From: Kiritimatiellia bacterium
Lineage (GTDB): Bacteria > Verrucomicrobiota > Kiritimatiellia > RFP12 > UBA3636
Direction: 5' to 3'
Length of the DNA stretch: 64,000 nt
NCBI GenBank assembly: GCA_045589455.1
Contig: JAZNPC010000088.1
Coordinates: 35,587-99,586 of the forward strand
Shown: positions 46,568 through 56,339 of the stretch, piece after piece
Layout of the letters: each line of letters opens with the position of its first letter
Position numbering within the stretch: the stretch's first letter is position 1
Position numbers and translations under genes: made by a program
Notes under the pieces: model-generated
Seen by the model: the letters and a program-made list of their open reading frames with translations, nothing else
Databases searched by the model: none
Told to the model about the DNA's origin: nothing

Positions 46568-49234
46568 TTAAGCATCAACATCAGCTAGCAATGCATTCTC
46601 TTCAATAAACTTGCGGCGAGGACCAACCTCATCACCCATAAGCATAGAGAATATCTTCTCTGACTCCTCTGTGTCCTGAAGGACTGCACGCTTCATCTTA
46701 CGTTTCTCTGGGTCCATTGTTGTCTCATAAAGCTGATCAGCATCCATTTCACCAAGACCTTTGTAGCGCTGAATTGTTAAGCCCTTCTTTCCGCGAGTGC
46801 GGACAATATCAAGTAGCTCGAGCAAGGATTTAATTGGATATTTCTGCTCTCTTTCGTCGCAAAGATAGCCAAGCTCTGTCTCGTCATCGCCTAAGAAATT
46901 ACCAAGCTTAAAGCCATAATTATGGAGAGCAGACATCAAACGACGTAGCTCATTTGATTGACGAATCTCTGCTGAATTATAGTTTGGATTCTCCAAATCA
47001 TCTAGCTCTTCAACATTGCATTCTAGCTTTTCGGAAACCTCACGCTTCAATGCCATTGATTCCTCAATTGTGAATACATAATGCTCCTGTGGATTACCAT
47101 CTACGTCAGTGATAACACGATAGTTAGGGAAATCACCAGTCTCTGGCTTACGTGCTTCAAAATACCGTTTAAGATCAATATTCTGCTTACGTAGGCGGTT
47201 GCAAATTGACTCAGCTGCAGCAAGTGTTTCTAGAATACTTGGCATTGATGTACTTTCAATTTTCATTGTCTCATCAGCAGATGTATATGAGAATTGCTCT
47301 GCACCGATTTTAATAAGCTTTGAGGTTAGCTCAGCATCGCTCTCAACATATTCACCCTTCTTACCATGCTTGATTTGGTATAGAGGAGGCTGTGCAATAT
47401 AAACATGACCATGCTCAATTAGTGGACGCATGCAGCGATAGAAGAAGGTCAAAAGAAGTGTACGAATGTGAGCACCGTCCACATCAGCATCAGTCATGAT
47501 AACAATCTTGTTATAACGAATCTTGCTGACATCAAATGCAATTTTCTCATTCTTTTTAACATTCTTTGAGCTTGCTGTTGCGTTTGGTGAATTCTCTTCT
47601 GGCTCTACATCTACATCGCTTGTATCATTTGTAGCACCTTCACCAACTGGACGATAATCACCAAAGCCACCACCGATTGCAGAAATAAGACTCTTAATTT
47701 CGTTATTTTCAAGCATCTTCTCTATGCTTGCGCGCTCAACATTGAGCACCTTACCACGCAAAGGAAGAATAGCCTGTCTTGTACGATCACGACCCTTCTT
47801 TGCAGAACCACCCGCAGAGTCACCCTCCACGATAAATAGCTCGCATTCCTCACGCTTTTTGCTAGAGCATTCAGCTAGCTTTCCAAGGAAGTGAATTCCA
47901 GAAGAACTATTTTCCTTCTTGATATTATCAATTGCTGCAGCAACCTTAATACGTGTATCACGTGCTCTAATTGCCTTCTCTGCCAATGCCTTACCAATAG
48001 TTGGATTTTCATCCAAATACTTCTTTAGCTCATCACCAGCAACCTGACTTACAATCTTTCTACAATCTGAGTTACCAAGCTTTGTTTTGGTCTGACCTTC
48101 GAACTGTGGCTCAGGAACCTTAACACTGATTACGCAAGTAATGCCCTGAGTAAAGTCCTCACTAGCGAACTCATATTTTTTATCCCCAGCCTTTTTATCA
48201 AGCTTATTTGCATCAATATATTTTTTAATTTCACGAGAGAGAGCCATTCGCAAGCCAGCCAAATGAGTACCGCCCTCATGGGTATTGATGTTATTTGCAA
48301 AGGTATAAATTGACTCAGTATCCTTACCTACAATGTACTGTAGAGCAACATCAACAGCCACCATACCAACACCAGAGGACGCCTTCTGCTCACCTGTCAA
48401 AGAGATAATTGGACAAAGAGGATTCTTTCCGCTATTAACAGACTCTACAAAGCCGATGATACCATTCTTGTGATAATATTCCTCATGTCTTCCATCACGC
48501 TCATCTGTAAAACGAATTGTCACACCAGGATTTAGGAAGGAAAGCTCCTTTAAACGCTTTGAAAGAATATCCCACTTAAAGCTAAAGTACTCGCGAGGAC
48601 CGCCCTCTTCTTCACCCTCTTTATAGAAAATTTCATTATCTAGCTTAAATGAAATTGTTGTACCTGTATCACTAGCATCACCGACCACTGCAAATGGAGA
48701 AGTTACCTCACCGCGAGAGAATGCAATGCGATGGATTTTACCCTCTCTACGGACCTCAACCTCCATCCACTCTGAAAGAGCGTTCACACACTTAACACCA
48801 ACGCCGTGCAAACCACCAGAAACCTTGTAGCCACCATCACCAAACTTACCACCTGCATGAAGCTGAGTTAACACAACCTCAAGTGTTGGCTTTTTCACAC
48901 CATTGGAAAGCTCCTTCATACCAACAGGAATACCACGGCCATTATCCTTTACTGTGCAGGATCCATCCTTGCCCAAGATAATGTCAATGTGCGAACAAAA
49001 ACCAGCCATTGCTTCGTCAATTGAGTTATCAACTGCTTCGTATACGCAATGATGATAGCCACGCTCAAAGGTGTCACCTATATACATAGCAGGACGTTTA
49101 CGCACTGCCTCCAAACCCTCTAACACACGAATCTGATCCGTACCATAGCTGCCGTCTGGCTTGGCAATATTAGCCTCTGCTATTACAGCAGAATCAATTG
49201 GCTGAGCAGACTGCTCGTTATTTGTTTCGTCCAT
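46568..49234 (-). CDS. gyrB: DNA gyrase subunit B (long form with an insertion, 888 aa)
   Basis: GHKL ATPase, TOPRIM and tail domains (...LEGLEAVRKRPAMYIGD..., ...EGDSAGGSAK..., ...RYKGLGEM...). Confidence 0.95.
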   Translation of the reverse strand: MDETNNEQSAQPIDSAVIAEANIAKPDGSYGTDQIRVLEGLEAVRKRPAMYIGDTFERGYHHCVYEAVDNSIDEAMAGFCSHIDIILGKDGSCTVKDNGRGIPVGMKELSNGVKKPTLEVVLTQLHAGGKFGDGGYKVSGGLHGVGVKCVNALSEWMEVEVRREGKIHRIAFSRGEVTSPFAVVGDASDTGTTISFKLDNEIFYKEGEEEGGPREYFSFKWDILSKRLKELSFLNPGVTIRFTDERDGRHEEYYHKNGIIGFVESVNSGKNPLCPIISLTGEQKASSGVGMVAVDVALQYIVGKDTESIYTFANNINTHEGGTHLAGLRMALSREIKKYIDANKLDKKAGDKKYEFASEDFTQGITCVISVKVPEPQFEGQTKTKLGNSDCRKIVSQVAGDELKKYLDENPTIGKALAEKAIRARDTRIKVAAAIDNIKKENSSSGIHFLGKLAECSSKKREECELFIVEGDSAGGSAKKGRDRTRQAILPLRGKVLNVERASIEKMLENNEIKSLISAIGGGFGDYRPVGEGATNDTSDVDVEPEENSPNATASSKNVKKNEKIAFDVSKIRYNKIVIMTDADVDGAHIRTLLLTFFYRCMRPLIEHGHVYIAQPPLYQIKHGKKGEYVESDAELTSKLIKIGAEQFSYTSADETMKIESTSMPSILETLAAAESICNRLRKQNIDLKRYFEARKPETGDFPNYRVITDVDGNPQEHYVFTIEESMALKREVSEKLECNVEELDDLENPNYNSAEIRQSNELRRLMSALHNYGFKLGNFLGDDETELGYLCDEREQKYPIKSLLELLDIVRTRGKKGLTIQRYKGLGEMDADQLYETTMDPEKRKMKRAVLQDTEESEKIFSMLMGDEVGPRRKFIEENALLADVDA

Positions 49235-49339
49235 TTTTTCTCCTAGTAGTGATTAGCGTAATTTTACGCAAAGCTTTACAAAAATTAAATCCGTTTGATA
49301 AACCTTTTCTCAAGGTTTTTTCACTACTTATATAGTACC

Positions 49340-49620
49340 AAAATTTCGCGTGCGCGTCAATATATTTTCACGCGCGCGCGAGATTTTTTGTGGTAGCGAG
49401 TATGGTGGGGATTGGCGTGCTGGGCACGCGAGTGCGCTCTATTTTGGCGCGAGTGCGCTCTCGCGCAGGAACAGGATTGGCAGGATTTTGCAGGATTGCT
49501 TGGGTGTGTGCATAGCGCACTACACTAGCGCTTGACGTTGGACATGGTCTTGCTCTCGTTGTCGCAAGGCCAACTTACAAGCGCTAGTGTGGGGGCAACC
49601 CATGTTACTTGCGTGATGCA
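49340..49620. other. GC-rich (~57% against a 40% background) repeat-laden non-coding island upstream of gyrB
   Basis: Contains (CG)n-type palindromes cgcgtgcgcg / cacgcgcgcgcg, the direct repeat gcgagtgcgctct x2, gcaggatt x2, and a long inverted repeat gcgcactacactagcgcttg...caagcgctagtgtggggg that resembles the family B core. Confidence 0.6.
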
Positions 49621-49624
49621 CCTG

Positions 49625-49745
49625 ACGTAAAAGGGACGATTAGACGTTAGACTCCGCGACCTGCAGGCGTTGACACGCCCCTTTGGACATGAGACATGAG
49701 ACGTGGGACACGAGACAAGGTCGTGAGACCAAAAGACATTTAGAC
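49625..49745. repeat. Family C repeat, copy 2 (inverted relative to copy 1 at 31885-32055)
   Basis: Its reverse complement reads gtcttttggtctcacgaccttgtctcgtgtcccacgtctcatgtctcatgtccaaaggggcgtgtcaacgcctgcaggtcgcggagtctaacgtctaatcg. Confidence 0.8.
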
Positions 49746-49792
49746 GTTAAGAACCAATTGTTGGTTGTTGGATCGTTTCCCATCACGCTTCC

Positions 49793-50045
49793 TTGCTCAA
49801 TAGCCTTGGTGGGTCGTACACATTAGCGCTTGGCAGTTGCATTATTGCTTCGCCAGATTTCGCAATAATTAAGGCAACAACAAGCGGTAATGTGCGCATT
49901 CGCGCCCCAACACCATACCCATCACACCAGCTCCGTGCCCTCCGCGTCCACTGCGTCTCTGCGTCCCTACGGCGTCACGTGCACCACGCTCGCTCTGCGT
50001 CTCTGCGTCTCTGCGTGGGGGTGAGCCGCCAGTTGTCTGTTGATT
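49793..50045. repeat. Family B structured repeat, copy 3
   Basis: Roughly 90% identical to copy 2 over the first ~150 bp, and ends in (ctctgcgt) x3. Confidence 0.8.
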
Positions 50046-50111
50046 GTTGATTGTTGATTTTATTTTGGCATTCTTATATAATCTTGCCAAATCTATTGAA
50101 AAGGGACAAAT

Positions 50112-51410
50112 ATGCTAGAAAATATTGAAACTTCAACGCTTAAGAATGGTTTAACTGTAATTACATACTCTAGAGACGACGTAGAGAGCGTTTCTACCAC
50201 GTTTTATGTACGAGTAGGCAGTCGCTACGAAACAAAGAGCCAGAGCGGTATTTCTCACTTTATTGAGCATATGCTCTTCAAGGGCACAAAAAAGCGCTCT
50301 GCTCGTGATATTGTAAACTCTATCGAGAGCCATGGTGGCGTGATGAATGCCGCAACCTCATATTCAAAGACATATTTTTACACAATTACCCCATACGATA
50401 AGTTTGAATATGCAATCGATATCCTTTCTGATATCTATCTTAACCCTCTATTCAAAAAAGAGGATGTAGAAAACGAGAAAAATGTCATTTTAGAGGAGTA
50501 TTTTGGCGATATGGATGATCCTATGTCATCAGCCTACGATAATGCCTTTTGCGCACTTTGGCCAGGCCACCCAATTGGTCAAAAAATTCTAGGTACACCA
50601 AAGACAATTTCCTCTATGACTCCGGAGCTTCTTGCGAAATACCATAAAAAGCACTATGTGCCTGCAAATACGGTAGTTGTTGTAGTAGGAAAAATCACAC
50701 ATCAACAGGTAATTGATGAGCTAAATAAGCACTTTAAAGGCAAGAAATTTGCTTCTAATAAACGCACAACATTTAAGCCTGCTTCTATTGATTTACCACT
50801 CACAAAAATCATAGCTGAAGAGCGCGAAATCAAGCAAGTTTCTGCCGTAATTAGCTATCGTCACGACAAGGGAATTACACATAAGAAGCACGATGCAATT
50901 TTGCTTTTGGGATATATTCTTGGTGGCAATATGAGCTCACGCCTGTTCCAGGAAATTCGCGAAAAAAGAGCCCTTTGCTACTCAATCAGCGCAAGCCCAA
51001 TCTTCTTCTACGAAGCGGGTGCAATGCAAATTATGGTTGGTTTGGATAAGAGCAAGAGCCAGAATGGTTTAGTAGCTATTGCGAAGGAATGCAATAAGCT
51101 TACTAAAAAGAAGGTTTCTGCTGAAGAATTACAGCGTGCTAAGGATTATCTAATAGGCACAACGAGAACAGCCTACGAATCCACCTCTAGCCAAATGCGT
51201 TGGATTACAAGCACTCTTGCACGAGACTCTTACAGAACACCAACAGAGCGCTGTGAAAGCATCAAAAAGGTCACTGCAGAGGATATTTTAGAGGTAGCAA
51301 AGGAAATATTTACAAATGAAAACCTTTCTGTTTCCATCATATATCCAAAAGAAGGCTCAGACACCACCCCAGAAAAGCTTCTTGAGGCTATGCTATCTAA
51401 AGGTGTATGA
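50112..51410 (+). CDS. M16-family zinc metallopeptidase (pitrilysin/insulinase-like)
   Basis: Inverted zinc-binding motif HFIEHMLFKGT (HxxEH) and a 432-aa two-domain architecture. Confidence 0.85.
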   Translation: MLENIETSTLKNGLTVITYSRDDVESVSTTFYVRVGSRYETKSQSGISHFIEHMLFKGTKKRSARDIVNSIESHGGVMNAATSYSKTYFYTITPYDKFEYAIDILSDIYLNPLFKKEDVENEKNVILEEYFGDMDDPMSSAYDNAFCALWPGHPIGQKILGTPKTISSMTPELLAKYHKKHYVPANTVVVVVGKITHQQVIDELNKHFKGKKFASNKRTTFKPASIDLPLTKIIAEEREIKQVSAVISYRHDKGITHKKHDAILLLGYILGGNMSSRLFQEIREKRALCYSISASPIFFYEAGAMQIMVGLDKSKSQNGLVAIAKECNKLTKKKVSAEELQRAKDYLIGTTRTAYESTSSQMRWITSTLARDSYRTPTERCESIKKVTAEDILEVAKEIFTNENLSVSIIYPKEGSDTTPEKLLEAMLSKGV

Positions 51411-51433
51411 AGCACCACTTGCGTGCTATGAAG

Positions 51434-51493
51434 CGCACCTAAGATGTATAAAATACCTCTTAGGTGCATGAAGCGAAGCACAGCTTCATTTTC
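51434..51493 (+). terminator. Two consecutive hairpins after the M16 peptidase gene; the second is followed by a T-run (rho-independent terminator)
   Basis: gcacctaag...cttaggtgc (9-bp stem) and then atgaagc-gaagcaca-gcttcat followed by tttct. A near-identical hairpin (tgaagcgaagcatagcttcatttt) sits at 52140-52165 next to the hydE stop. Confidence 0.55.
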
Positions 51494-51957
51494 TCCGTGC
51501 CTCCGTTCTCAGAAAAATCACACTACGTGTGCTCCGTGTTTCGCCGAAGGCTCAAGCGTCAGCGACAATCAGTGTGCGTGCTAACAAGCCATTTTATAAG
51601 ACTTATAAGTCCTATGAGTCTTATTAAAATATTGCGTAGCAATGCTTCATATTGCGTGGCACCTCTCCGTGTCTCCGTTTTCTTTATTCTCCGCGTTTCG
51701 CCGAAGGCTAAAGCGTCAGCGTTTCAATCGTTGCACTCATTGCTTTCGCTTAACACGGAGTACGGAGGACAAAGGAGAATTGTACTAGCAATTATTAACA
51801 ATAACCCCAGCATCCCTCCGCGTCTCCGTTCTCTGAAAAATCACACTACGTGTGCTCCGTGTTTCGCCGAAGGCTTGGAGTGCTCAAGGAGGCAAAGGGT
51901 TGCCACCTTGCCACCTCTCGCCCCAGCAACACCGGGCGGCAGAGCCACCCTCAAATT
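51492..51957. repeat. Family A structured repeats (about 2.5 units with a ~110-bp unrelated insert) fused to a family D hairpin element
   Basis: ctccgtgcctccgttctcagaaaaatcacactacgtgtgctccgtgtttcgccgaaggctcaagcg... occurs twice, followed by ...ggcaaagggttgccaccttgccacctctcgccccagcaacaccgggcggcagagccaccctcaaat. Confidence 0.8.
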
Positions 51958-52171
51958 AACTTTTTAACTGACAAACTATCAAACTATAAAACTGTAAAAC
52001 TATATAACTAAACAAGAATTAAATTAGTTTGCAAGTTGGCGAGTATGCGAGTATGCGAGTTTGATAGTTGGATTTTGAGGCGGCAGAGCCACCTTCTGGG
52101 AGGATGGAGCGCTCATAAATGAACATGAGAACATGAAGCAGCACATTCGTGCTATGAAGCGAAGCATAGCT

Positions 52172-53248
52172 TCATTTTGCGTGTGGAGAATCGCCTAATT
52201 CATTTAAGCGGAGAGTTTCACCGATGCTTTTAACTGAAGCTTCAAGGGCAGCCATTGTTTCTTCAGCATTTTCATCTAGATTTGGCTTATTTGCGTATAA
52301 TTGATAACCAGCACGATAACCAACTGCTGTTGCATTTGGCATAATTACATTGGCTCCTGCAAGTAAGCCACGCTCACGCCCATCTGGAGCAAGAGCTTGA
52401 AGTGCTGTGGTAGATGCTATATTTACATCGTGTAAATATAAACGCGTGACAGCAATCATCTTTAGTCCTAAAAGTAGCTGTTGCTCCATATATTCCGATG
52501 TTACGGGAATATTTTCACCTAAAGGTGTATCTGGATGAGGTATATATGGTCCCATTCCTATCATATCCGCATCCACTTCTGCAAAAAATTCAATATCATG
52601 AGCGAGATCAAGTAGCGACTGCTCTGGCAATCCAATCATAACACCTGTACCAAGCTGATAACCAAGCTTTTTTAATGTGTGTAAGCACTCTACGCGACGC
52701 TCAAAAGAATGCCCTAGAGGATGAAGCTTTTCATAAAGCTTTGGGTTACTAGATTCTATCCGAAGGAGGTATCTATGCGCCCCCGCATCACGCCATTGTT
52801 TATAGACACTCTCCTCCTGCTCTCCAAGCGATAATGTCACGCCTAAACCATTACCCCAACGAGACTTAATCTCAGCAAGTACATCTGCTATGAAGGCAGA
52901 GTTTGCGGAACTTTCTAGCTCACCACCTTGAAGAACAAGCGACCCATAACCGGCAGAAAAAATAAACCCCGCTGTAGCTAATATCTCATCCTTTGTAAGG
53001 CTAAATCGTTCAATATTTTTGTTACCTGAACGAATTCCACAATAGTAGCAATTCTTTTTACAGATATTGCTCCACTCAATTAAGCCTCGAACACTAACCC
53101 GTCGCCCAATATAGCGCTCTTTGGCGCTATAAGCAGCCTTAAACAGCTTTTCCATCTCCTTATTAGTGGATATACTGAGTAGCTCAACTAACTCGTCACA
53201 AGTGAGATTACGAGGTTTTTCAAGGGCTTTATTGAGTAATTCAACCAT
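52172..53248 (-). CDS. hydE: [FeFe]-hydrogenase maturase HydE (biotin-synthase-like radical SAM)
   Basis: CKKNCYYCGIR cluster motif and a ~350-aa length. The order of conserved blocks matches HydE. Confidence 0.75.
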   Translation of the reverse strand: MVELLNKALEKPRNLTCDELVELLSISTNKEMEKLFKAAYSAKERYIGRRVSVRGLIEWSNICKKNCYYCGIRSGNKNIERFSLTKDEILATAGFIFSAGYGSLVLQGGELESSANSAFIADVLAEIKSRWGNGLGVTLSLGEQEESVYKQWRDAGAHRYLLRIESSNPKLYEKLHPLGHSFERRVECLHTLKKLGYQLGTGVMIGLPEQSLLDLAHDIEFFAEVDADMIGMGPYIPHPDTPLGENIPVTSEYMEQQLLLGLKMIAVTRLYLHDVNIASTTALQALAPDGRERGLLAGANVIMPNATAVGYRAGYQLYANKPNLDENAEETMAALEASVKSIGETLRLNELGDSPHAK

Positions 53249-53259
53249 ATCAAATTATT

Positions 53260-53709
53260 TTATTGAGAAATTTGTCTATACGCTTCGTAGGCAGTGATAG
53301 CCACTGCATTAGCTAAATTTATGCTTCTTGCATGCTCGCCTGGCATAGGAATTTTGAATAGCTGATCCTTATAGGTTTCATAAAAAGGCTTTGGAAGGCC
53401 ATGACCTTCGCTACCAAAAAGCAAATATGATTTCTCAGAAAACTTGCACTCATAGAGAGATTTTTCACCATGTGTGCTTAAGAAAAATAATTCCTCTGGT
53501 TTTTCTGTAGCTAGGAAATCCTCCCAAGAGTCATGAACTGTAAGCTTCAAATGCTGCCAATAATCTAATCCTGCACGAGCCACCTGTTTCTCATCTAGGT
53601 GAAAGCCCAATGGGCGGATTAAATGTAGATTCCAATCTAAACCTACACATACTCGTCCTATAGCACCTGTATTATGTGGAATTTCTGGATTGATTAAAAC
53701 AATATTCAT
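53260..53709 (-). CDS. trmL: tRNA (cytidine/uridine-2'-O)-methyltransferase TrmL (SpoU/TrmH class)
   Basis: MNIVLINPEIPHNTGAIGRVC... matches the TrmL/YibK N-terminus. An internal Met was chosen as the start; the ORF track extends to 53751. Confidence 0.8.
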   Translation of the reverse strand: MNIVLINPEIPHNTGAIGRVCVGLDWNLHLIRPLGFHLDEKQVARAGLDYWQHLKLTVHDSWEDFLATEKPEELFFLSTHGEKSLYECKFSEKSYLLFGSEGHGLPKPFYETYKDQLFKIPMPGEHARSINLANAVAITAYEAYRQISQ

Positions 53710-53774
53710 AAACTTTAGCTGAAAAAAAAGAAAAGGCGTGATTAAAACCACGCCTCATTTTTGATATAGAACCC

Positions 53775-55430
53775 TTACTCTTCGATTTCGCCTGTAGTTT
53801 CTTCTTCTAGAGACATGGTTGTTTCAAAATCCATTGATACTAGATTTGATCCCAACCAGTTGTACCACATACGAGGAGCAACATCTGCTTGAAGGCTATA
53901 ACGAACAAATGGCTCAATTTCCATTTTTTCTTCATCAGAACCAGAAGCTCTATCAACAACTAATAGAACAGCTACAGAGTCATTAGAAACTGCAACAGGT
54001 GCAGAAACATCACCTTTTTGCAACTTGCTAACAACATCAATCATTAGTTTTTCTTCTGGAGATCCAGCAGTCATCAAAACATTACGAACTGAAGTTGTAA
54101 TATTTGCTCCAACAGTAAGACCAAACTCTGCAACTACTGACTCAAAAGTCTTGCCTGATGTTTGAATTTCAGATATAGCCTTTGATATTTCATCAACCTT
54201 TGCATCAAACAAAATGTAGCGGCGTTCAACCTGAGCATCTCTTAATACCTCTGCACGAATTTCTTCAAGAGCTGGAATATATGATGGTTGATGAGAATTA
54301 TATGCTATCACAAAAGTTTGTGATTTTGCAAAAATTGGTTCATCAACATAATTTATATAATCATCACCATCGATAAGGCTAAATGCTGATTCAATATACT
54401 CTTGGGAATTCTGCATAACTACTGGAGCAGGTGCATTTTGAGAGAATAGGTCTGTTGTAACAATTGTATAACCATACTCTGCTGCAAGTTCTTCCATAGT
54501 TAAAGAAGAGTTGTTAATAAGCTTTGTATTAAATTCATCTGCTGCTTCATAAGCTTTTAGTTCAGATGCTTCTCGAGCAACGTCAGCTACAATTAACTCT
54601 CTTACTTCTTCTAGTGGTCTATAAGTTACTTCTCCACCATCAGTAGCAGGAACAGCAAACTTAATAGCTTTATATTCTTCGTAGTAGTATTCTATTTCTT
54701 CCTCTGTTACTGCAGATGGATCGACAAATTTTGAAGCCTCAAATGCAATTTGGCGAACAGATATTTTACTTGGAACACGATAAGCTTCTTTATGTGATTC
54801 ATAATAGGTCTTAAGCTCATCTTCTGTTACTTCAACTTCTGCCAAAACAATTGAATTTGTATAATAAGCTGGTGTAAAAGTAAAAGTATCTGTCATTGCA
54901 TCAACACCAAGTTTAACTTCACTTTCAGGCACAACTGATACTGTTGATAGAACATACTCACGAAGTCTCTCTATTGTCATATATGTACGAAGGAACTCCT
55001 CATACTGTGTCAAAGAGATATTATAGAAACGCTGTAAAATAGTTTCTGCAATAGCCTTATCAAATACTCCACTATCGTTTAAGAACATTGGGTCATTAAT
55101 AATTGGAGCAACAACAACCTCATCTGGAATTACTATATTAAACTCCTCTTTAGCTGTTCTTAATGCAGCAAGCACCATCCATGTTTCTTTTTCTAGAGAG
55201 CATTCCTCGCCACAAAAGTTTCTACCCATATTGCGATTAAGATCAACAATGCGATAAACATTATTAAATTCCTGATTGCTAACAGGCTCTCCATTAAGTT
55301 TACCGATACCACTATCACCTTGTTGTGCGACCATACTATCTGACATAATAAATGCGCCGGCGACAACTATTGCGAATGCACCCCATAACCACTTGTTACG
55401 GATCATATTGTTGAATTTAATAATAAACAT
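53775..55430 (-). CDS. Periplasmic chaperone / peptidyl-prolyl isomerase of the PpiD/SurA type
   Basis: N-terminal membrane anchor, a long SurA-N-like region and a C-terminal parvulin-like segment. Confidence 0.45.
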   Translation of the reverse strand: MFIIKFNNMIRNKWLWGAFAIVVAGAFIMSDSMVAQQGDSGIGKLNGEPVSNQEFNNVYRIVDLNRNMGRNFCGEECSLEKETWMVLAALRTAKEEFNIVIPDEVVVAPIINDPMFLNDSGVFDKAIAETILQRFYNISLTQYEEFLRTYMTIERLREYVLSTVSVVPESEVKLGVDAMTDTFTFTPAYYTNSIVLAEVEVTEDELKTYYESHKEAYRVPSKISVRQIAFEASKFVDPSAVTEEEIEYYYEEYKAIKFAVPATDGGEVTYRPLEEVRELIVADVAREASELKAYEAADEFNTKLINNSSLTMEELAAEYGYTIVTTDLFSQNAPAPVVMQNSQEYIESAFSLIDGDDYINYVDEPIFAKSQTFVIAYNSHQPSYIPALEEIRAEVLRDAQVERRYILFDAKVDEISKAISEIQTSGKTFESVVAEFGLTVGANITTSVRNVLMTAGSPEEKLMIDVVSKLQKGDVSAPVAVSNDSVAVLLVVDRASGSDEEKMEIEPFVRYSLQADVAPRMWYNWLGSNLVSMDFETTMSLEEETTGEIEE

Positions 55431-55540
55431 TGTATTACCTTATTTTTGTTTTTTAATTTTAAATTTTCTTTTAAATACGACATCCTACTTGGGTTTTGCC
55501 CCTCGTAGGATGTAAAATTTTGTGTTTCTACAACAATTTA

Positions 55541-56314
55541 TTAACGACGACCAACAGGTGTTGGAGAAGGTTTTGTTGTTGGTGTTGTTGGTTTCACTGG
55601 CTTATCTGGCTTTACAGGAGGAACAACCTCAGGAGTAGGACGAAGGCCACCTGGTTGTGTTGTTGTTGTAGTAGTTGTTGTAGTAGTTGTTGTAGTTGTG
55701 ATAATCAACAAACCATCTTCTCTTCTTTCAACACCAAAAACAATCTTGCGGATTTCATCATAGATTTCTTTGCATAATTGTGTTTGATATATACCAATTA
55801 CGGAAACTGGCGCATCAACAACATCTTCTGTAAGCTCAAGAACATCGCTTTCTATTTCATCCTCTGCAGCATCAAGGATTGTGCTATTTACAACACCAGC
55901 CTTATCTGTTGTAATAACGTGAACAACAGAAATAATGGCTCGAGCAAATTTAGTTTGTTCATCAAAGTCTTTTGCAGAAGTCATAATTGCCTTAGTCATT
56001 GCTTGGATAGCATCGGCAATATCAGCATCTGAATAATCAACAACTGTTGCAATTGTCATAGTAACCAACTCAGACACTGCAGAAAGTCTATCCTTTGGAG
56101 ATTGTGCTTCTGCTAGTTTGCTTGTTACTTTTTCAGAAACAGTATCTGCAAGAGAATCCTCACCTTTCTGTACAATCGCTTTAGACAAAGCTACGTAGTT
56201 AGCAACCTTTTCCTTATTGGCTTTACTACCATCGCCAGAAGCAGCATCTAGCATATTTAGGGAAAATGCAAATATCAACGCTGTAGCAGCAAAAATTGTA
56301 GAAAACTTCTTCAT
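55541..56314 (-). CDS. Hypothetical secreted protein / lipoprotein with a poly-Thr (14x) linker and a Pro/Lys/Thr-rich C-terminus
   Basis: Signal peptide MKKFSTIFAATALIFAFSLNMLDA, then a helical domain, a run of 14 Thr residues and PTPEVVPPVKPDKPVKPTTPTTKP. Confidence 0.55.
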   Translation of the reverse strand: MKKFSTIFAATALIFAFSLNMLDAASGDGSKANKEKVANYVALSKAIVQKGEDSLADTVSEKVTSKLAEAQSPKDRLSAVSELVTMTIATVVDYSDADIADAIQAMTKAIMTSAKDFDEQTKFARAIISVVHVITTDKAGVVNSTILDAAEDEIESDVLELTEDVVDAPVSVIGIYQTQLCKEIYDEIRKIVFGVERREDGLLIITTTTTTTTTTTTTTQPGGLRPTPEVVPPVKPDKPVKPTTPTTKPSPTPVGRR

Positions 56315-56339
56315 AAAATATCTCCTTCTAGTAAATTAA

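Noticed and set aside
49235-50111. Chromosomal replication origin next to gyrB
   Set aside because: No dnaA or dnaN gene is present. Only isolated near-matches to the DnaA box (ttatccact at about 790 and about 5870) occur, not a cluster. The unusual sequence here is better explained by the B/C repeats and the GC-rich palindromic island.
51596-51625. The palindrome ataagacttataagtc...agtcttat resembling sequence inside the four-helix-bundle gene (42868 and 43352)
   Set aside because: The shared stretch is only ~15 nt. At 42868 it lies within coding sequence (TYETYKSY). With the many pairwise comparisons made, this is most likely chance.
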